This document shows, piece by piece, positions 46,418 to 56,654 of a stretch of 64,000 bases of DNA; position 1 is the first letter of the stretch, and each line of letters begins with the position of its first letter. Made by a program: the position numbers and the translations under genes. Location: assembly GCA_963692915.1 (NCBI GenBank), contig OY843584.1, positions 1,216,001-1,280,000 of the forward strand, in the 5' to 3' direction. This stretch comes from Cenarchaeum sp. (GTDB lineage: Archaea > Thermoproteota > Nitrososphaeria > Nitrososphaerales > Nitrosopumilaceae). The notes beneath the pieces were generated by a model, which searched no databases, was not told the origin of the DNA, and was given only the letters and a program-made list of their open reading frames with translations.

Positions 46418-46812
46418 CTATATATCTAGTGCACGGGCGAGCCGCACCTCGCGCTTCCTCCTCTTGTGCTCCAGCGACGCCGACGGCGGCGGCGTGTTGG
46501 AGTTCTGGTAGTACGACAGCGTGCGCCTCATCGTCCCGACCTCCGCCTCCAGCTCGGCGATCCTCTCGTCCCGCACACCGATCTCGCCCTTCAGCTCGGC
46601 AACACTCTCCTGCAGCTCGCTAATCTTCCTGTCCCGCGCCCTGGCCCGCTCCTCGGAGGCACTGAACATGCCCCGGAGCTGTGCCAACTCGTGGCCTGGC
46701 TCCCCACGCTCGCGCCGTTTGCCCTTCACGTCCCGGCGTGCGCCGCCGCGGTAAATGGATCGGCAGGATCGCGCCTATTTGACCAAAAGGGGAGGAGGTG
46801 CTGACCTCATAC
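46418..46812 (-). mobile_element. Truncated IS66-like element: candidate left end plus transposase N-terminal fragment (46418-46729)
   Basis: Coiled coil then YYQNSNTPPPS..KRRKR, resembling the NSxxPPS of IS66 transposases; candidate terminal repeat GTATGAGGTCAGCACC at 46797-46812 (minus strand); no DDE domain. Confidence 0.7.
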
Positions 46813-46831
46813 GCTCAACGTTGTGCGTGCG

Positions 46832-48100
46832 CTAGGCTTCGGCACTGCGCGCAGTGCCGAGTATCTCCCTGGCGCGACCCTCTGATATGTCACCCTCCTT
46901 GACCATCTGTTTGGCAATGGCCGCGGCACGATCGGGGCGTGCGCCGGCCGCAATGGCAAGATTTCTCGCATGGAGGCGCATATGGCCTGCCTGTATTCCC
47001 GTCGTCACTAGCGCACGCATTGCCGAATAGTTCTGCGCGAGTCCCGCGGCGGCCATGATGCACGCAAGGTCGCCTGAGGAGGAGACACGCATGATCTTTG
47101 CGCACACACGAGCAGTCGCGTGAATCCCCGATATGCCACCGATGATCCCGACTGCGAGCGGAATTTCGAGGCGTCCGACGAGGTTCCCGTTCTCATCAAC
47201 TGACCACTCGCTAAGTGACGAATACACGCCGCTGCGCGCGGCGTGCGCGTGGGCCGCAGCCTCGATCGCGCGCACGTCCTGGCCCACTGCCGAGGCGACT
47301 GCGACAATCCCGTTCATGATCCCCTTGTTGTGCGTTACTGCGCGATACATGTCATGCTTTGCGAGCTGGTGGGCGAGTATCATGTCATTTACCGTGCCGC
47401 TACCCCCAACCTCGGACTTTTCAAACACGGCAGTCACGCTAACCGTGCGTCGTGTCGAATAGTTTGAGAGGATTCGCATTAGCGCGCGGCCCTTCGTTGC
47501 GGTCTCGATCACTGGTGCAGCAGCCTCACACATTGAGTTTGTCGCGTTGGCTCCCATTGCGTCGCCGACGTCGACGTCGATCTCGACGACTAGCTGTTCA
47601 GGGCCGTCGGTCTTTACTCGCCGGCACGAGACGGACTTTGCTCCGTGGCCAAGTCGCGGAAGCGTGCGACTCGCCGAGTTTGCCGCATCGAGGATTGCGT
47701 CGGCAGCATCGGCAACCCTCGCCTCGGCATCACTCGCATAGTCGCCAGTCACCTGAACCTGCCCGATCATGTGGGCGTCGCCGGCGCGCGCACTAAACCC
47801 GCCTGTCGCGCGCGCAGCCTTTGCGCCACGCGAGGCCGCCGCGATAACGGAGGATTCCTCAGTGGCCATTGGGACGATCACGTCGCGCGAGTTGACCACA
47901 AAGTTCGTCGCCATGCCAAGCGGAACCCCAAACGTGCCTACGGCATTCTCGACCATCGAGTCGGCCTCTCCAAACGCAATCCCGCCGGCGCCGGACAGGA
48001 CTGCAATGTCCCCATCATCAAGCGAGGCGGCCTCACGGAGCGCCGTGAGGCGCTCGTCGCGATCCCTCCTAAAGAATCCCGGCAGTGACGAGCCGGCCAT
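46832..48100 (-). CDS. mvaA: HMG-CoA reductase, class II
   Basis: MVENAVG, PMATEESSVIAAAS, DAMGAN, RILSN, THNKGIMNG, GIQAGHMRLH. Confidence 0.95.
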   Translation of the reverse strand: MAGSSLPGFFRRDRDERLTALREAASLDDGDIAVLSGAGGIAFGEADSMVENAVGTFGVPLGMATNFVVNSRDVIVPMATEESSVIAAASRGAKAARATGGFSARAGDAHMIGQVQVTGDYASDAEARVADAADAILDAANSASRTLPRLGHGAKSVSCRRVKTDGPEQLVVEIDVDVGDAMGANATNSMCEAAAPVIETATKGRALMRILSNYSTRRTVSVTAVFEKSEVGGSGTVNDMILAHQLAKHDMYRAVTHNKGIMNGIVAVASAVGQDVRAIEAAAHAHAARSGVYSSLSEWSVDENGNLVGRLEIPLAVGIIGGISGIHATARVCAKIMRVSSSGDLACIMAAAGLAQNYSAMRALVTTGIQAGHMRLHARNLAIAAGARPDRAAAIAKQMVKEGDISEGRAREILGTARSAEA

Positions 48101-48101
48101 G

Positions 48102-49190
48102 CTAGCGAACTACCTCTATGAGGCGGTCATCCTCGTCGTCGGCAAACCCGCCCGAGTCAGTGTTTGACGTTATCGCATAGAGCGTGCCGTCTGGCCCGCC
48201 GGCCACGTCGCGCATGCGGCCCAGGCCGCTGAAAACCGTGCCCTGCTCGCCGGTTCCAAGGTCGATTGCGTGTATAGTTCCGGCGCGCAGCGCGGCCACC
48301 ATCACGTGGCCCTCGTCACCCAGCGCTCCGCCACCATACACTGCAATGCCGCCGATTCCAAGTGCGGGATCAAAGCACGCAGCGGCGCCCGTGTGTGACG
48401 CGCCAGCGCACTCTTCATCGGGCCATCCGTGGTTGGCGCCGGCCTCGACAATGTTGAGCTCGTCATTCTTTGTTGGTCCGGCATCAGCGGCTATCATGCG
48501 CCCGTCGACATCCCACGAGATCCCGCGCACGTCGCGAAATCCCGACGCGTAGACTGGCGAGTCGGCCACAGGGTTGCCGTCTGGCACTGACCCGTCGGGG
48601 CGCACGCGAAGTATCTTGCCGGCCAGCGAGCCTGCATCCTGCGCGAGGCCTGATGAGTCAGACGTCGAGCCCGTCCCGATATACAGCATGCCGTCTGGTC
48701 CGATGGCGAGTGCGCCGCCGTTGGAAAAGTTGGAGCCCGGTATTTGCTCAATTACGGTGCCCACATCAGACGCCCTGCTCCCGTCCTCGCGGATCCACAT
48801 CACCCTGTTCCAGAGCTCGCCGGCCTCCTCGTACGTGACATACGCATAGAGTGTCATGCCGCCGTCGGGTTCGGTGTGCGTGGCAAGACCAACGAGTCCG
48901 GCGTCATGCGAGCCGGCCGCGCGGAGTGTGATTAGCGGGCGCTCAAGCAGCGCGCCGTCCTCAACAACCCTGATCGAACCGCCCCTCTCGGCGACAAAGA
49001 TGCGCTCGGCGTGCGTGGCAATTGCGCGTGGCTCATCGAGTCCGGATGCGAGAACCGCAGCATAGTCGCTGCCTTTCTCCAACGTCGTCGTGGGGGGCGG
49101 CAGCGGCACGCCTTGTGAGGGCGAGAGGAGTATTATCGCCGAGACTGCCACAGCGCCGGCGATTCCGGCAATCCTAAGTCGCCTGTCCAT
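48102..49190 (-). CDS. PQQ-dependent glucose/sorbosone dehydrogenase family protein
   Basis: GPDGMLYIGTG, LAGKILR, DELN, GRMRDV..GPDG.LY.ITSNTD. Confidence 0.88.
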   Translation of the reverse strand: MDRRLRIAGIAGAVAVSAIILLSPSQGVPLPPPTTTLEKGSDYAAVLASGLDEPRAIATHAERIFVAERGGSIRVVEDGALLERPLITLRAAGSHDAGLVGLATHTEPDGGMTLYAYVTYEEAGELWNRVMWIREDGSRASDVGTVIEQIPGSNFSNGGALAIGPDGMLYIGTGSTSDSSGLAQDAGSLAGKILRVRPDGSVPDGNPVADSPVYASGFRDVRGISWDVDGRMIAADAGPTKNDELNIVEAGANHGWPDEECAGASHTGAAACFDPALGIGGIAVYGGGALGDEGHVMVAALRAGTIHAIDLGTGEQGTVFSGLGRMRDVAGGPDGTLYAITSNTDSGGFADDEDDRLIEVVR

Positions 49191-49338
49191 CGTCGAGCCG
49201 CCGGCGCACGTGCGCTCCTATTAATCCCACGCCGCGAGCCGCCGCGTGTTTGCGCGTTAATATATGGGAATTTGGTCACGCACGCGCCATGAGCAGGGCG
49301 TGCCCACACGTGTGGCTTTTGTGCAGGTGTCGTGCGCG

Positions 49339-50415
49339 ATGAGCGCAAAGCGTGACTATTACGAGGTTTTGGGCATCTCGCGCGACGCGCAGCCTGAGGA
49401 GATAAAAAGGCAGTACAGAAAGCTCGCGCTAAAGTTCCATCCAGACAGGAACAAGTCAGCTGACGCACAGGAGCACTTTAAGGAGATTTCTGAGGCATAT
49501 GCCGTCATATCCGACAAGAAAAAGCGCCAGATATACGACACGCACGGCCATGCAGGCATAGACGGCCAGTACAGCACCGAGGACATGTTTAGCGGAGCTA
49601 GCTTTTCTGACATATTCGCCAACACCAACTTTTCTGACATGTTCGGCGGTGGCAGGGGCAGCACGATGTTCGAGTCACTCTTTGGCGGCGGCGAGCCGGG
49701 ACGCGGCAGGGATCTCCTCTGCGAGGTGAGCATGACGCTAGAGGACGTCCTGCACGGCAAGACAGTCGAGCTTGACATCAAAAAAGATGTAGAGTGCGAC
49801 TCGTGCCACGGTTCAGGCTCCAGTGACGGGAGGCGCGAGACGTGCTCGGCGTGCGGCGGGCGCGGAAGGGTTCAGTATGGAAGGCAGTCCGGCTATGCGT
49901 CATTTGTCACGGTGGGCCCGTGCAGGGCATGCGGCGCGTCTGGAACGATCGTAAAGGATCCGTGCAAAAAGTGTTCGGGGGCAGGCAAGAGGCACGGCAC
50001 ACGTCACGTGAGTCGTCTCATCCCGCCCGGAACAACAGATGGCGATTATTACCTAAAGGGCGAGGGCGAGTATGTCCCGGGAGACCAGAGCGGCGACCTT
50101 GTCTTTCGCGTCAGTGTCAGGAGGCATGAGCACTTTGTGCGTGACGGAGCCGACCTTGTCCATGCGCTTGACATATCGATGGTCGATGCGGCACTCGGCA
50201 GCAAGGTTGACGTGCCGACGCTAGAGGGAACCAAGTCGATCAGCGTGCAGGCTGCAAGCCAGCACGGCCAGACCGTGACTGTCAGGGGAGAGGGCCTGCC
50301 CACTGGCCACGGTGGCCGACGCGGTGACCTACTCGTAAAGCTGAGGGTCACCGTGCCAAAAAAGCTCACAAAGGACCAAAAGCGCCTACTCGAGGAGTTT
50401 CGCGCACAGAGCTAG
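49339..50415 (+). CDS. dnaJ: Chaperone DnaJ
   Basis: RDYYEVLG, HPD, G/F-rich region, four CxxCxGxG-like repeats. Confidence 0.96.
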   Translation: MSAKRDYYEVLGISRDAQPEEIKRQYRKLALKFHPDRNKSADAQEHFKEISEAYAVISDKKKRQIYDTHGHAGIDGQYSTEDMFSGASFSDIFANTNFSDMFGGGRGSTMFESLFGGGEPGRGRDLLCEVSMTLEDVLHGKTVELDIKKDVECDSCHGSGSSDGRRETCSACGGRGRVQYGRQSGYASFVTVGPCRACGASGTIVKDPCKKCSGAGKRHGTRHVSRLIPPGTTDGDYYLKGEGEYVPGDQSGDLVFRVSVRRHEHFVRDGADLVHALDISMVDAALGSKVDVPTLEGTKSISVQAASQHGQTVTVRGEGLPTGHGGRRGDLLVKLRVTVPKKLTKDQKRLLEEFRAQS

Positions 50416-50585
50416 TCGCCGCACGAGATGCGCAGCTCTATATCGTGACCCTCGCGGACGTGTGAGTTGTGTTGAGACCGTATGACCTCGCCTATGCGCT
50501 CGTCCGTATAGTATTTCCGGTTATAGCGGCCAATGACGCGCTCGCATTCCCTGCAGTATATGATCCTGTACTCGGTTGCGGCCAT
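50412..50585 (-). CDS. 57-aa hypothetical protein with CxxC...HxxxGH (not in ORF track)
   Basis: Manual translation MAATEYRIIYCRECERVIGRYNRKYYTDERIGEVIRSQHNSHVREGHDIELRISCGD; TTTTTAA about 30 nt upstream. Confidence 0.75.
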   Translation of the reverse strand: MAATEYRIIYCRECERVIGRYNRKYYTDERIGEVIRSQHNSHVREGHDIELRISCGD

Positions 50586-50650
50586 CGTCGTGGGCGAATA
50601 TGGCGTGCGGGTTAAAAACGCACTTATTCGGGCCGCCTTGCGGTGCGCGC

Positions 50651-50738
50651 GCGGGGGTCGCCCAGCCCGGTCAAAGGCGTAAGGTTCAGGTCCTTATCTC
50701 TTAGGAGTTCGTGGGTTCGAATCCCACCCTCCGCACCA
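50651..50738 (+). tRNA. tRNA-Leu(CAG), encoded CCA
   Basis: GCGGGGG...TAAGG-TTCAGGT-CCTTA, long variable arm, GGTTCGAATCC, ...CCGCACCA. Confidence 0.95.
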
Positions 50739-50836
50739 TTCTTGCAAGTTATGAGGGGTCAGTGCGCACCCTGTCGCAGGGCACGCGCGCTTGTTTTATT
50801 ACCCCACGCGCCTCGATGCGGGGCATGGGAGGCGGC

Positions 50837-51049
50837 ATGGGCACGCGCGAGCTGCTCTACAAGGGGTCGGCCATCGGGGCGATGATAACTGCGCCGTCGC
50901 TTGCCGCGTTTGCGCTCGTGTGGTGGTACACCGGCGACATGGCAGTAGCTGCCGGCGTGGCAGCCGCAGCCCATGTAGGTGCTCTCGTCATGGCCTTTAA
51001 GATTGCCAGGAAGTTCCTTGTGAAACGCACGACGCCGGAGGGTCGATAG
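50837..51049 (+). CDS. Small two-TM membrane protein
   Basis: Two hydrophobic helices with a basic tail; TTTTATT upstream. Confidence 0.6.
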   Translation: MGTRELLYKGSAIGAMITAPSLAAFALVWWYTGDMAVAAGVAAAAHVGALVMAFKIARKFLVKRTTPEGR

Positions 51050-51054
51050 GCGCT

Positions 51055-51438
51055 ATGCGCGCACATGAGAACGTCGAGCGCATCCTCGCCAAGGAGATCG
51101 GCCTAGAGGAGATCTGCTCTCGCATGTACGTCCTGATCGCGACGCGCGGCGCAATGGATGCAGCCGGCATGGCCGGCGAGCTTGGCATCGCTGAGGCCGA
51201 CGCGCTCGAGGCGGCGAACGCGCTAGTCTCGCTAGGCGGCTTTATTGACTATGATAACGGCAGGTTTGAGTCGATGCACCCGCGCTTCTCGATCGTAAAC
51301 ATGTACAGAAAGTCATGCATCGCGCGCGGGCAGGAGCCAACGCAAAACAAGACCATCGACAATGCCGGCGCTGCCCTAGAGAGGGACTATGACCATGCAA
51401 GGGCTAAATATGGCGCACGTGGGGGCGAGGCACAGTGA
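51055..51438 (+). CDS. Hypothetical protein (HTH-like)
   Basis: LGGFIDY...MHPRFSIVNMY; coupled to the downstream gene. Confidence 0.7.
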   Translation: MRAHENVERILAKEIGLEEICSRMYVLIATRGAMDAAGMAGELGIAEADALEAANALVSLGGFIDYDNGRFESMHPRFSIVNMYRKSCIARGQEPTQNKTIDNAGAALERDYDHARAKYGARGGEAQ

Positions 51439-51851
51439 GCGGCGAGGCAAGATGCAAGCACCAGCCCGTCTACTATGGCGTGATAAACATCAATGTTGAT
51501 GAGCGCACGATAGGCTCCGTTGACGTGTGGCACTGCCCTGCGTGCAAGGAGCGCTTTTGCGAGGAAAAGCAGCTTGGAATCGAGTCGATATCAGACGAGA
51601 TCGGCATGCCCGAGCTTGGCAGTGGAGAGCGCTGGGCAGTCATAGTCTGCAAGCTCCAAAAGGGGCGTGACAAGTGGCGCCTCGCACGCCTCGCCGAGTC
51701 CGGCCACGTCGGCCACGAGTGCCTCGGCGAAAAGTCCGTGAACCTTGGCGTGCGCGGCCACGTAATCGATGACGATCACCACTGGAGCTTTTTGGTCGAT
51801 GATCACGTCAACAAGGCCGTCGAGATATCAGGCGGGGGTCTTGGATCTTAG
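51435..51851 (+). CDS. Hypothetical Cys-rich protein
   Basis: CKH...WHCPACKERFCEE; GTGA overlap. Confidence 0.7.
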   Translation: MSGEARCKHQPVYYGVININVDERTIGSVDVWHCPACKERFCEEKQLGIESISDEIGMPELGSGERWAVIVCKLQKGRDKWRLARLAESGHVGHECLGEKSVNLGVRGHVIDDDHHWSFLVDDHVNKAVEISGGGLGS

Positions 51852-52122
51852 TGCCCACGTCGACTCTGTCGACGGCACGCAGATGGCCGCAAAGATAACG
51901 GGCACGTTTGAGCTCGGCGGTGTGACGTACGCGTTTGGCGCAATCGCGTTTGGCAGGATCGGTGGACAGAACATCGGTGCGCAACTTGATGAGGCGACGC
52001 AGGACTCGCTTCGCGCCGCAGGCCACGACCCCGAAGAGGTCGCCATGGAGCTCCAGCGCGCCCTCCTGCAGGGTGACATGAGCATACCGGACAATCTCAA
52101 AAAAGAGTCGTTTCTAGACTAG
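51841..52122 (+). CDS. Hypothetical protein
   Basis: TTG start; [13 protein letters not shown]. Confidence 0.65.
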   Translation: MDLSAHVDSVDGTQMAAKITGTFELGGVTYAFGAIAFGRIGGQNIGAQLDEATQDSLRAAGHDPEEVAMELQRALLQGDMSIPDNLKKESFLD

Positions 52123-52907
52123 AGCGAGGCCGCATCGAGGGCTGCGGCGCACGCGCATGAGGGCTTGGCCGGAACGGCGCGCACGATCTCGGCGAGCATC
52201 GCGCGCATTGCTGATGCATTAGAGGAGACGACGCGGCCCACCTCGTCGGCGCTCACGGGTCGGTCGGCCCAGACGTCATAGTCTGTGACCATCGAGACGG
52301 ACACGTAGCACATGCGAGCCTCGCGCGCGAGCTGGCACTCGGGAACGAGTGTCATGCCGATAACGTGCGCGCCGCATGAGCGAAAGAGCGATGACTCGGC
52401 GCGCGTCGAAAAGCGCGGACCCTCTATGCAGACATATGTCGCATCCTTGTGCAGTGTCGGGCCGCCTGCCGATGCGGCAGCAGTCGCGCACTCTTGGAGC
52501 TCGGGGCAGAAGGGGTCGGCGACGGATATGTGAATGACGCGTCCAATGTCAGAAAAGGAGCCTGCGCGCGTGCGCGTAAAGTCGATAAACTGCGTCGGCA
52601 GCGCAAAGTCGCCCGGCTTTAGCTCCTCGCGCAGGCTACCGACTGCCGAGGGCGCAATGACCCGGCTCACGCCGAGCTGGCGTAGCGCGTCAATGTTTGC
52701 GCGATAGTTTATCATGTGCGGAGGAATGCTGTGGGACTTGCCGTGGCGCGGGAGGAATGCCGTGCGTCTGCCTGAGAACGTGCCGATGGTTATGGGGCTC
52801 GACGTCTTCCCATAGGGCGTAGTGGGTTCAACCTCAATGGTGTCCTCGATCATCGAGGCATCATACATTCCAGTGCCTCCAATGATCGCAATCTCGGCGG
52901 ACTCCAC
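52119..52907 (-). CDS. mtnP: S-methyl-5'-thioadenosine phosphorylase
   Basis: [36 protein letters not shown]. Confidence 0.95.
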   Translation of the reverse strand: MESAEIAIIGGTGMYDASMIEDTIEVEPTTPYGKTSSPITIGTFSGRRTAFLPRHGKSHSIPPHMINYRANIDALRQLGVSRVIAPSAVGSLREELKPGDFALPTQFIDFTRTRAGSFSDIGRVIHISVADPFCPELQECATAAASAGGPTLHKDATYVCIEGPRFSTRAESSLFRSCGAHVIGMTLVPECQLAREARMCYVSVSMVTDYDVWADRPVSADEVGRVVSSNASAMRAMLAEIVRAVPAKPSCACAAALDAASL

Positions 52908-53419
52908 TAGTAGCGCACCAGCACGTTGACGTCGTACTTTGATATCTTTTTCATTCCTTCAAGGTCGGCAAGCTCAATGATGATCGCAAATCCAGCAACA
53001 CGTCCACCCAGCTTTTCAACGAGGCTTGCAGCCGCTGCTGCCGTGCCGCCTGTTGCGAGAAGGTCATCGCATATAAGGACACGGTCGCCTTTTTTGAGCG
53101 CATTGGTCTGCATCTCCATCTTGTCACGGCCGTACTCGATCTCGTATGAGGCGCTCTTTGTCTTGCCCGGCAGCTTGCCGGCCTTGCGGACCATGACGAT
53201 GCCCTTGCCCATGCGTGATGCTACTGCCGTCGCGACAGGGAACCCGCGAGCCTCGATTCCGGCAACGACGTCGATGTTTCGCGCATTAAAGTGTGCGGCA
53301 AACCCATCGACGGCAAGCGAGAGGGCGTGCGGGTCGCGGAGTAGCGGACCATAGTCGCGAAAGAGTATGCCCTTCTTTGGAAAGTTGGGGTACGAGTCTA
53401 TGCGGTCCTGCAGGTGCAA
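52907..53419 (-). CDS. apt: Adenine phosphoribosyltransferase
   Basis: [33 protein letters not shown]. Confidence 0.96.
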   Translation of the reverse strand: MHLQDRIDSYPNFPKKGILFRDYGPLLRDPHALSLAVDGFAAHFNARNIDVVAGIEARGFPVATAVASRMGKGIVMVRKAGKLPGKTKSASYEIEYGRDKMEMQTNALKKGDRVLICDDLLATGGTAAAAASLVEKLGGRVAGFAIIIELADLEGMKKISKYDVNVLVRY

Positions 53420-53670
53420 CGCGCACGGCTCGAGCCCACCCCGTAAAAACAGTTTGCCGCCCGTGCCCGTCCTGGACGTGCGTGACCCGAGGGGTCATGC
53501 GACAGGCGATCTCGTGCGGAAGACGGCAGCAGGCCAAAATGCCCCCTGGGCGACACGCGGATTGGCTTGGGCTCTAGTCATGGGCACACCCCCCGCTGAC
53601 GTGGCAGGCAGTCAGCGCAGGCGCAGGCACACCAAAAAAACTATAAGGCCTCATATTGGCCACGGCGCGC

Positions 53671-53979
53671 ATGGGCAGAGTTGTCGTAGGCAAAGCATCC
53701 GAGATTCCTCCCGGCGCCCTCAAAAAGGTGCCTGCCGAGGGCGGCGACATTGTCGTGGCCAATGTTGATGGCACGCTCTGTGCGATGGCCGACAAGTGCA
53801 CGCACGCCGGCGCGAGCCTCTCAGAAGGCAAGATAGATGGGGCCAACGTCGTGTGCGGCTGGCATGGCGCGCAGTTCGAGTGCGCCAGCGGCCGCCTCGC
53901 AAAGTTTCCCGCAAAGGTCGCCGACCTAAAGTCGTATCGCGTTTCAGTCGACGGCGATGACGTCGTCGTGGAGGTGTGA
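53671..53979 (+). CDS. Rieske [2Fe-2S] ferredoxin
   Basis: CTH...CGWHG. Confidence 0.92.
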   Translation: MGRVVVGKASEIPPGALKKVPAEGGDIVVANVDGTLCAMADKCTHAGASLSEGKIDGANVVCGWHGAQFECASGRLAKFPAKVADLKSYRVSVDGDDVVVEV

Positions 53980-53982
53980 CCC

Positions 53983-54252
53983 ATGGCGACAAAGGAGCAG
54001 AACGAGGAATCGCTAAAGAGCGCACTCACGACACTAAGCTCCGTAATGTCTGACCAGTCGGCGCCAAAGACCGTAAAGAAGGGAATATCAGAGCTCGTCA
54101 CCGGTCTAAAGGGCAGTGAGGGCTCGCTTGCGGTTCGTGCGGCAAACGCAATAAGCGCACTTGATGATATTACGCAGGATCCAAACATGCCCTCACATGT
54201 CCGGACAAGGCTCTGGCAGGCAGTCTCGGTCCTAGAGGCCATAAGGGAGTAG
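53983..54252 (+). CDS. UPF0147 family protein
   Basis: RAANAISALDDITQDPNMPSHVRT.LW. Confidence 0.9.
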   Translation: MATKEQNEESLKSALTTLSSVMSDQSAPKTVKKGISELVTGLKGSEGSLAVRAANAISALDDITQDPNMPSHVRTRLWQAVSVLEAIRE

Positions 54253-54272
54253 GCCCTGCCGGCAGTGCCGCC

Positions 54273-55055
54273 TTGAAGATCGAGGAGTACATCTCAACGC
54301 TTCCGTCCGGAATAGTCTCAGGCGATGACGTGCAGGCTCCGCCTCATGCGCTTCGCAGGATGCTAACGCTAGCCGGCGCGCGGCGCGGAGACACTGTGAT
54401 GCACCTCGGGTGCGGCGACGGGGCTGGCCTCAGGATTGCGCTCGAGGAGTTTGACGTGGACGCAGCTATCGGCGTCGAGATTGACGCCAAAAAGGCCGAT
54501 GCGGCACGCGCGTCCCTAGAATCGGTTCGCGGCAGGTCTGAGGTCCTATGCGGTGACGCAGTGGGCACAGACGTCTCGCGCGCCGACATTGTCCTCTTTT
54601 GGTTTGCCGACGAGCGCATAGTCGAGGGCCTGCGCGACACGCTCTCCTCGCTGCGCAAGGGCGCGCGCGTCGTGAGCGTGTGGGGCCCGCCGGCCGGATG
54701 CATGCCCGAGCGCGTCGACTTTCCCTTTGTCCTCAGCGTAACGCCGTTCTGCGAGGCGCGAAGCGTGCGCGAGCAGCTCCTAGCGGTTCTAGGCGTGCGG
54801 TGCGTCGACTTTGTCACGGCATGGGAGTACTCGGAGCGCTATACGCGCGCAATAGGGCCTGACGGCAACGAGGGCAACAGGTTTCTCACGATGATGCAGG
54901 CAGTCACGATGTGGATAAGCGCGAAGAACCTCGGTGTGTCATGCACTGCAGAGATGCCCGAGTCGATACGCACGTACATCGGCATACTGCGGACGTACTT
55001 TGGCATAGAAGTCGAGCACCTCCTCGACGCCGACGCGGGCACTAGGAGCCAATGA
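54273..55055 (+). CDS. Class I SAM-dependent methyltransferase
   Basis: HLGCGDG, GVEID. Confidence 0.85.
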   Translation: MKIEEYISTLPSGIVSGDDVQAPPHALRRMLTLAGARRGDTVMHLGCGDGAGLRIALEEFDVDAAIGVEIDAKKADAARASLESVRGRSEVLCGDAVGTDVSRADIVLFWFADERIVEGLRDTLSSLRKGARVVSVWGPPAGCMPERVDFPFVLSVTPFCEARSVREQLLAVLGVRCVDFVTAWEYSERYTRAIGPDGNEGNRFLTMMQAVTMWISAKNLGVSCTAEMPESIRTYIGILRTYFGIEVEHLLDADAGTRSQ

Positions 55056-55563
55056 CGTGCTTGGAGTCCGCAGAGGGCACTATGCGCCGCTGCGCGCCGG
55101 CAAACTCGGCGTTGAGCTCCTCGCCGCGTTGCACGCGATCAAGAAATACTGCGAGTGCTGCAATCTCAGAGTGCGGCTGCGCGCCGACTGCGACGTTATA
55201 GTCGGCCGCATCATAGACCTCGCGCGGAACCTTGCCGGCTCCGATGACTATGAGTATTGCCGTCTCGGAGGCTATCTCGGCTACTGCGTCATCGACGCGC
55301 CTACCGTACATTGTCAGGTGTACTATGCGCTCGCCGCGCGATGGCGCATCGGACAGAACCTTGCGCCACGACGGGGTCGGCACTACCTCAAACTCTCCGC
55401 CCCACGAGCGCACAACATCCTCGAGCGTGCGCGGTATCGAGTCGTCAATGTCGCTCATGTATATGCGCCCCGCGCCAAACGCGCGCGCGACTAGGGCCGC
55501 ATGCGTCGTGACGCGGTCATCACGCACGAGCCGCTCGCCGATTCGCAGTACGCTTATCTTCAC
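55042..55563 (-). CDS. trm56: tRNA (cytidine(56)-2'-O)-methyltransferase
   Basis: RDDRVTTHAALVARAFGA, HLTMYG, KVP, QPHSEIAALAVFLD. Confidence 0.95.
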   Translation of the reverse strand: MKISVLRIGERLVRDDRVTTHAALVARAFGAGRIYMSDIDDSIPRTLEDVVRSWGGEFEVVPTPSWRKVLSDAPSRGERIVHLTMYGRRVDDAVAEIASETAILIVIGAGKVPREVYDAADYNVAVGAQPHSEIAALAVFLDRVQRGEELNAEFAGAQRRIVPSADSKHVIGS

Positions 55564-56633
55564 GACGCGCCACGTCCCATGACGTCACCGAGGGCCACGC
55601 CGAGCTCGCCGAGCCCGTCATGCGAGAGCGCCGAGACGCGAACCGCCCTTGCGTCCTCGAGTCCGAGGGCCACCTCGAGATCGCCGAGCGTGTCATCATC
55701 GACAAGGTCGGTCTTGTTTAGCGCGACGACCACTCGCGCCGGCTGCACGTCGAGCTCGCCGAGCGTGCGCCGGCATGTTGAGAGCTTGGAGACTGCCAGG
55801 TCTACGGGATCGCTAGCATCAACGACGAGTATGATCGCGTCTGCATGCGTCATCTCCTCGAGGGTAGACCTGAACGCCTCGATCATGTACGTGGGCAGCT
55901 CGCTGATAAAGCCAACCGTGTCCGAGACGAGGTGGGCCGCCCCGTTGATCTCGGCGCGACGAACCGTCGTGGAGAGCGTCGTGAACGGCTCATCGCTACG
56001 CAGGCGATCCTCACCGGTCAGCGCGTTAAAGAGCGTCGTCTTGCCGGCTGACGTGTATCCGGCAAGTGATATGGTGCGCAGGCCGAGGCGCTCGCGCGAC
56101 CTTCGGTGGAGCTCGCGTCGGCGTGCTGCACCGCGCAGGCGGGCACGAACCGACTCCATCCTGTGTCGTATGTCATCATAGTACACGTCAACCCCAAACT
56201 TGCCGATTCCCATGAATCCGGGCTGCTCGCCCATCCTCGCTAGGCGCACGCTCTCCCTTGCGCGCGACATCTCGTAGCGCATCTGCGCAAGTTTCACCTG
56301 CAGGCGAGACTCGTCACTTGACGCACGGAGGCCAAATATCTCCAGTATGAGCGCCTCACGGTCAAGTATGCTCGAGTGAAGGCGCGAGGCGAGGTTGTAG
56401 TTCTGGCTCGGTTTTAGGAGCTCGTCGAGCACGATGACATCAGGGCTCAGGCGGGCGGCGGCCTCCTCGAGGCGCTCGACTGTGCCCTCGCCTATCCCGT
56501 ACTTGGCGCGGCGCGTCGGGCCGCGCTGTATCGTCGTGGCCACGCGGTATCCGGCCGCCTCGCACAGGGAGACGGCCTCCTCGGCCCCGTCACCGTGCGG
56601 GCGCGTGACTAGTATCGCAGACCTCTCGTCCAT
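55560..56633 (-). CDS. hflX: GTPase HflX
   Basis: LILEIF, LQVKLAQ, GYTSAGKTTLFN, DTVGFI, NKTD. Confidence 0.95.
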   Translation of the reverse strand: MDERSAILVTRPHGDGAEEAVSLCEAAGYRVATTIQRGPTRRAKYGIGEGTVERLEEAAARLSPDVIVLDELLKPSQNYNLASRLHSSILDREALILEIFGLRASSDESRLQVKLAQMRYEMSRARESVRLARMGEQPGFMGIGKFGVDVYYDDIRHRMESVRARLRGAARRRELHRRSRERLGLRTISLAGYTSAGKTTLFNALTGEDRLRSDEPFTTLSTTVRRAEINGAAHLVSDTVGFISELPTYMIEAFRSTLEEMTHADAIILVVDASDPVDLAVSKLSTCRRTLGELDVQPARVVVALNKTDLVDDDTLGDLEVALGLEDARAVRVSALSHDGLGELGVALGDVMGRGAS

Positions 56634-56654
56634 CGTGCCGGCCCGCAGCCCCAC

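Noticed and set aside
53480-53620. Hairpins between apt and the Rieske ferredoxin gene as an ncRNA
   Set aside because: Short GC-rich stems without a recognisable family motif
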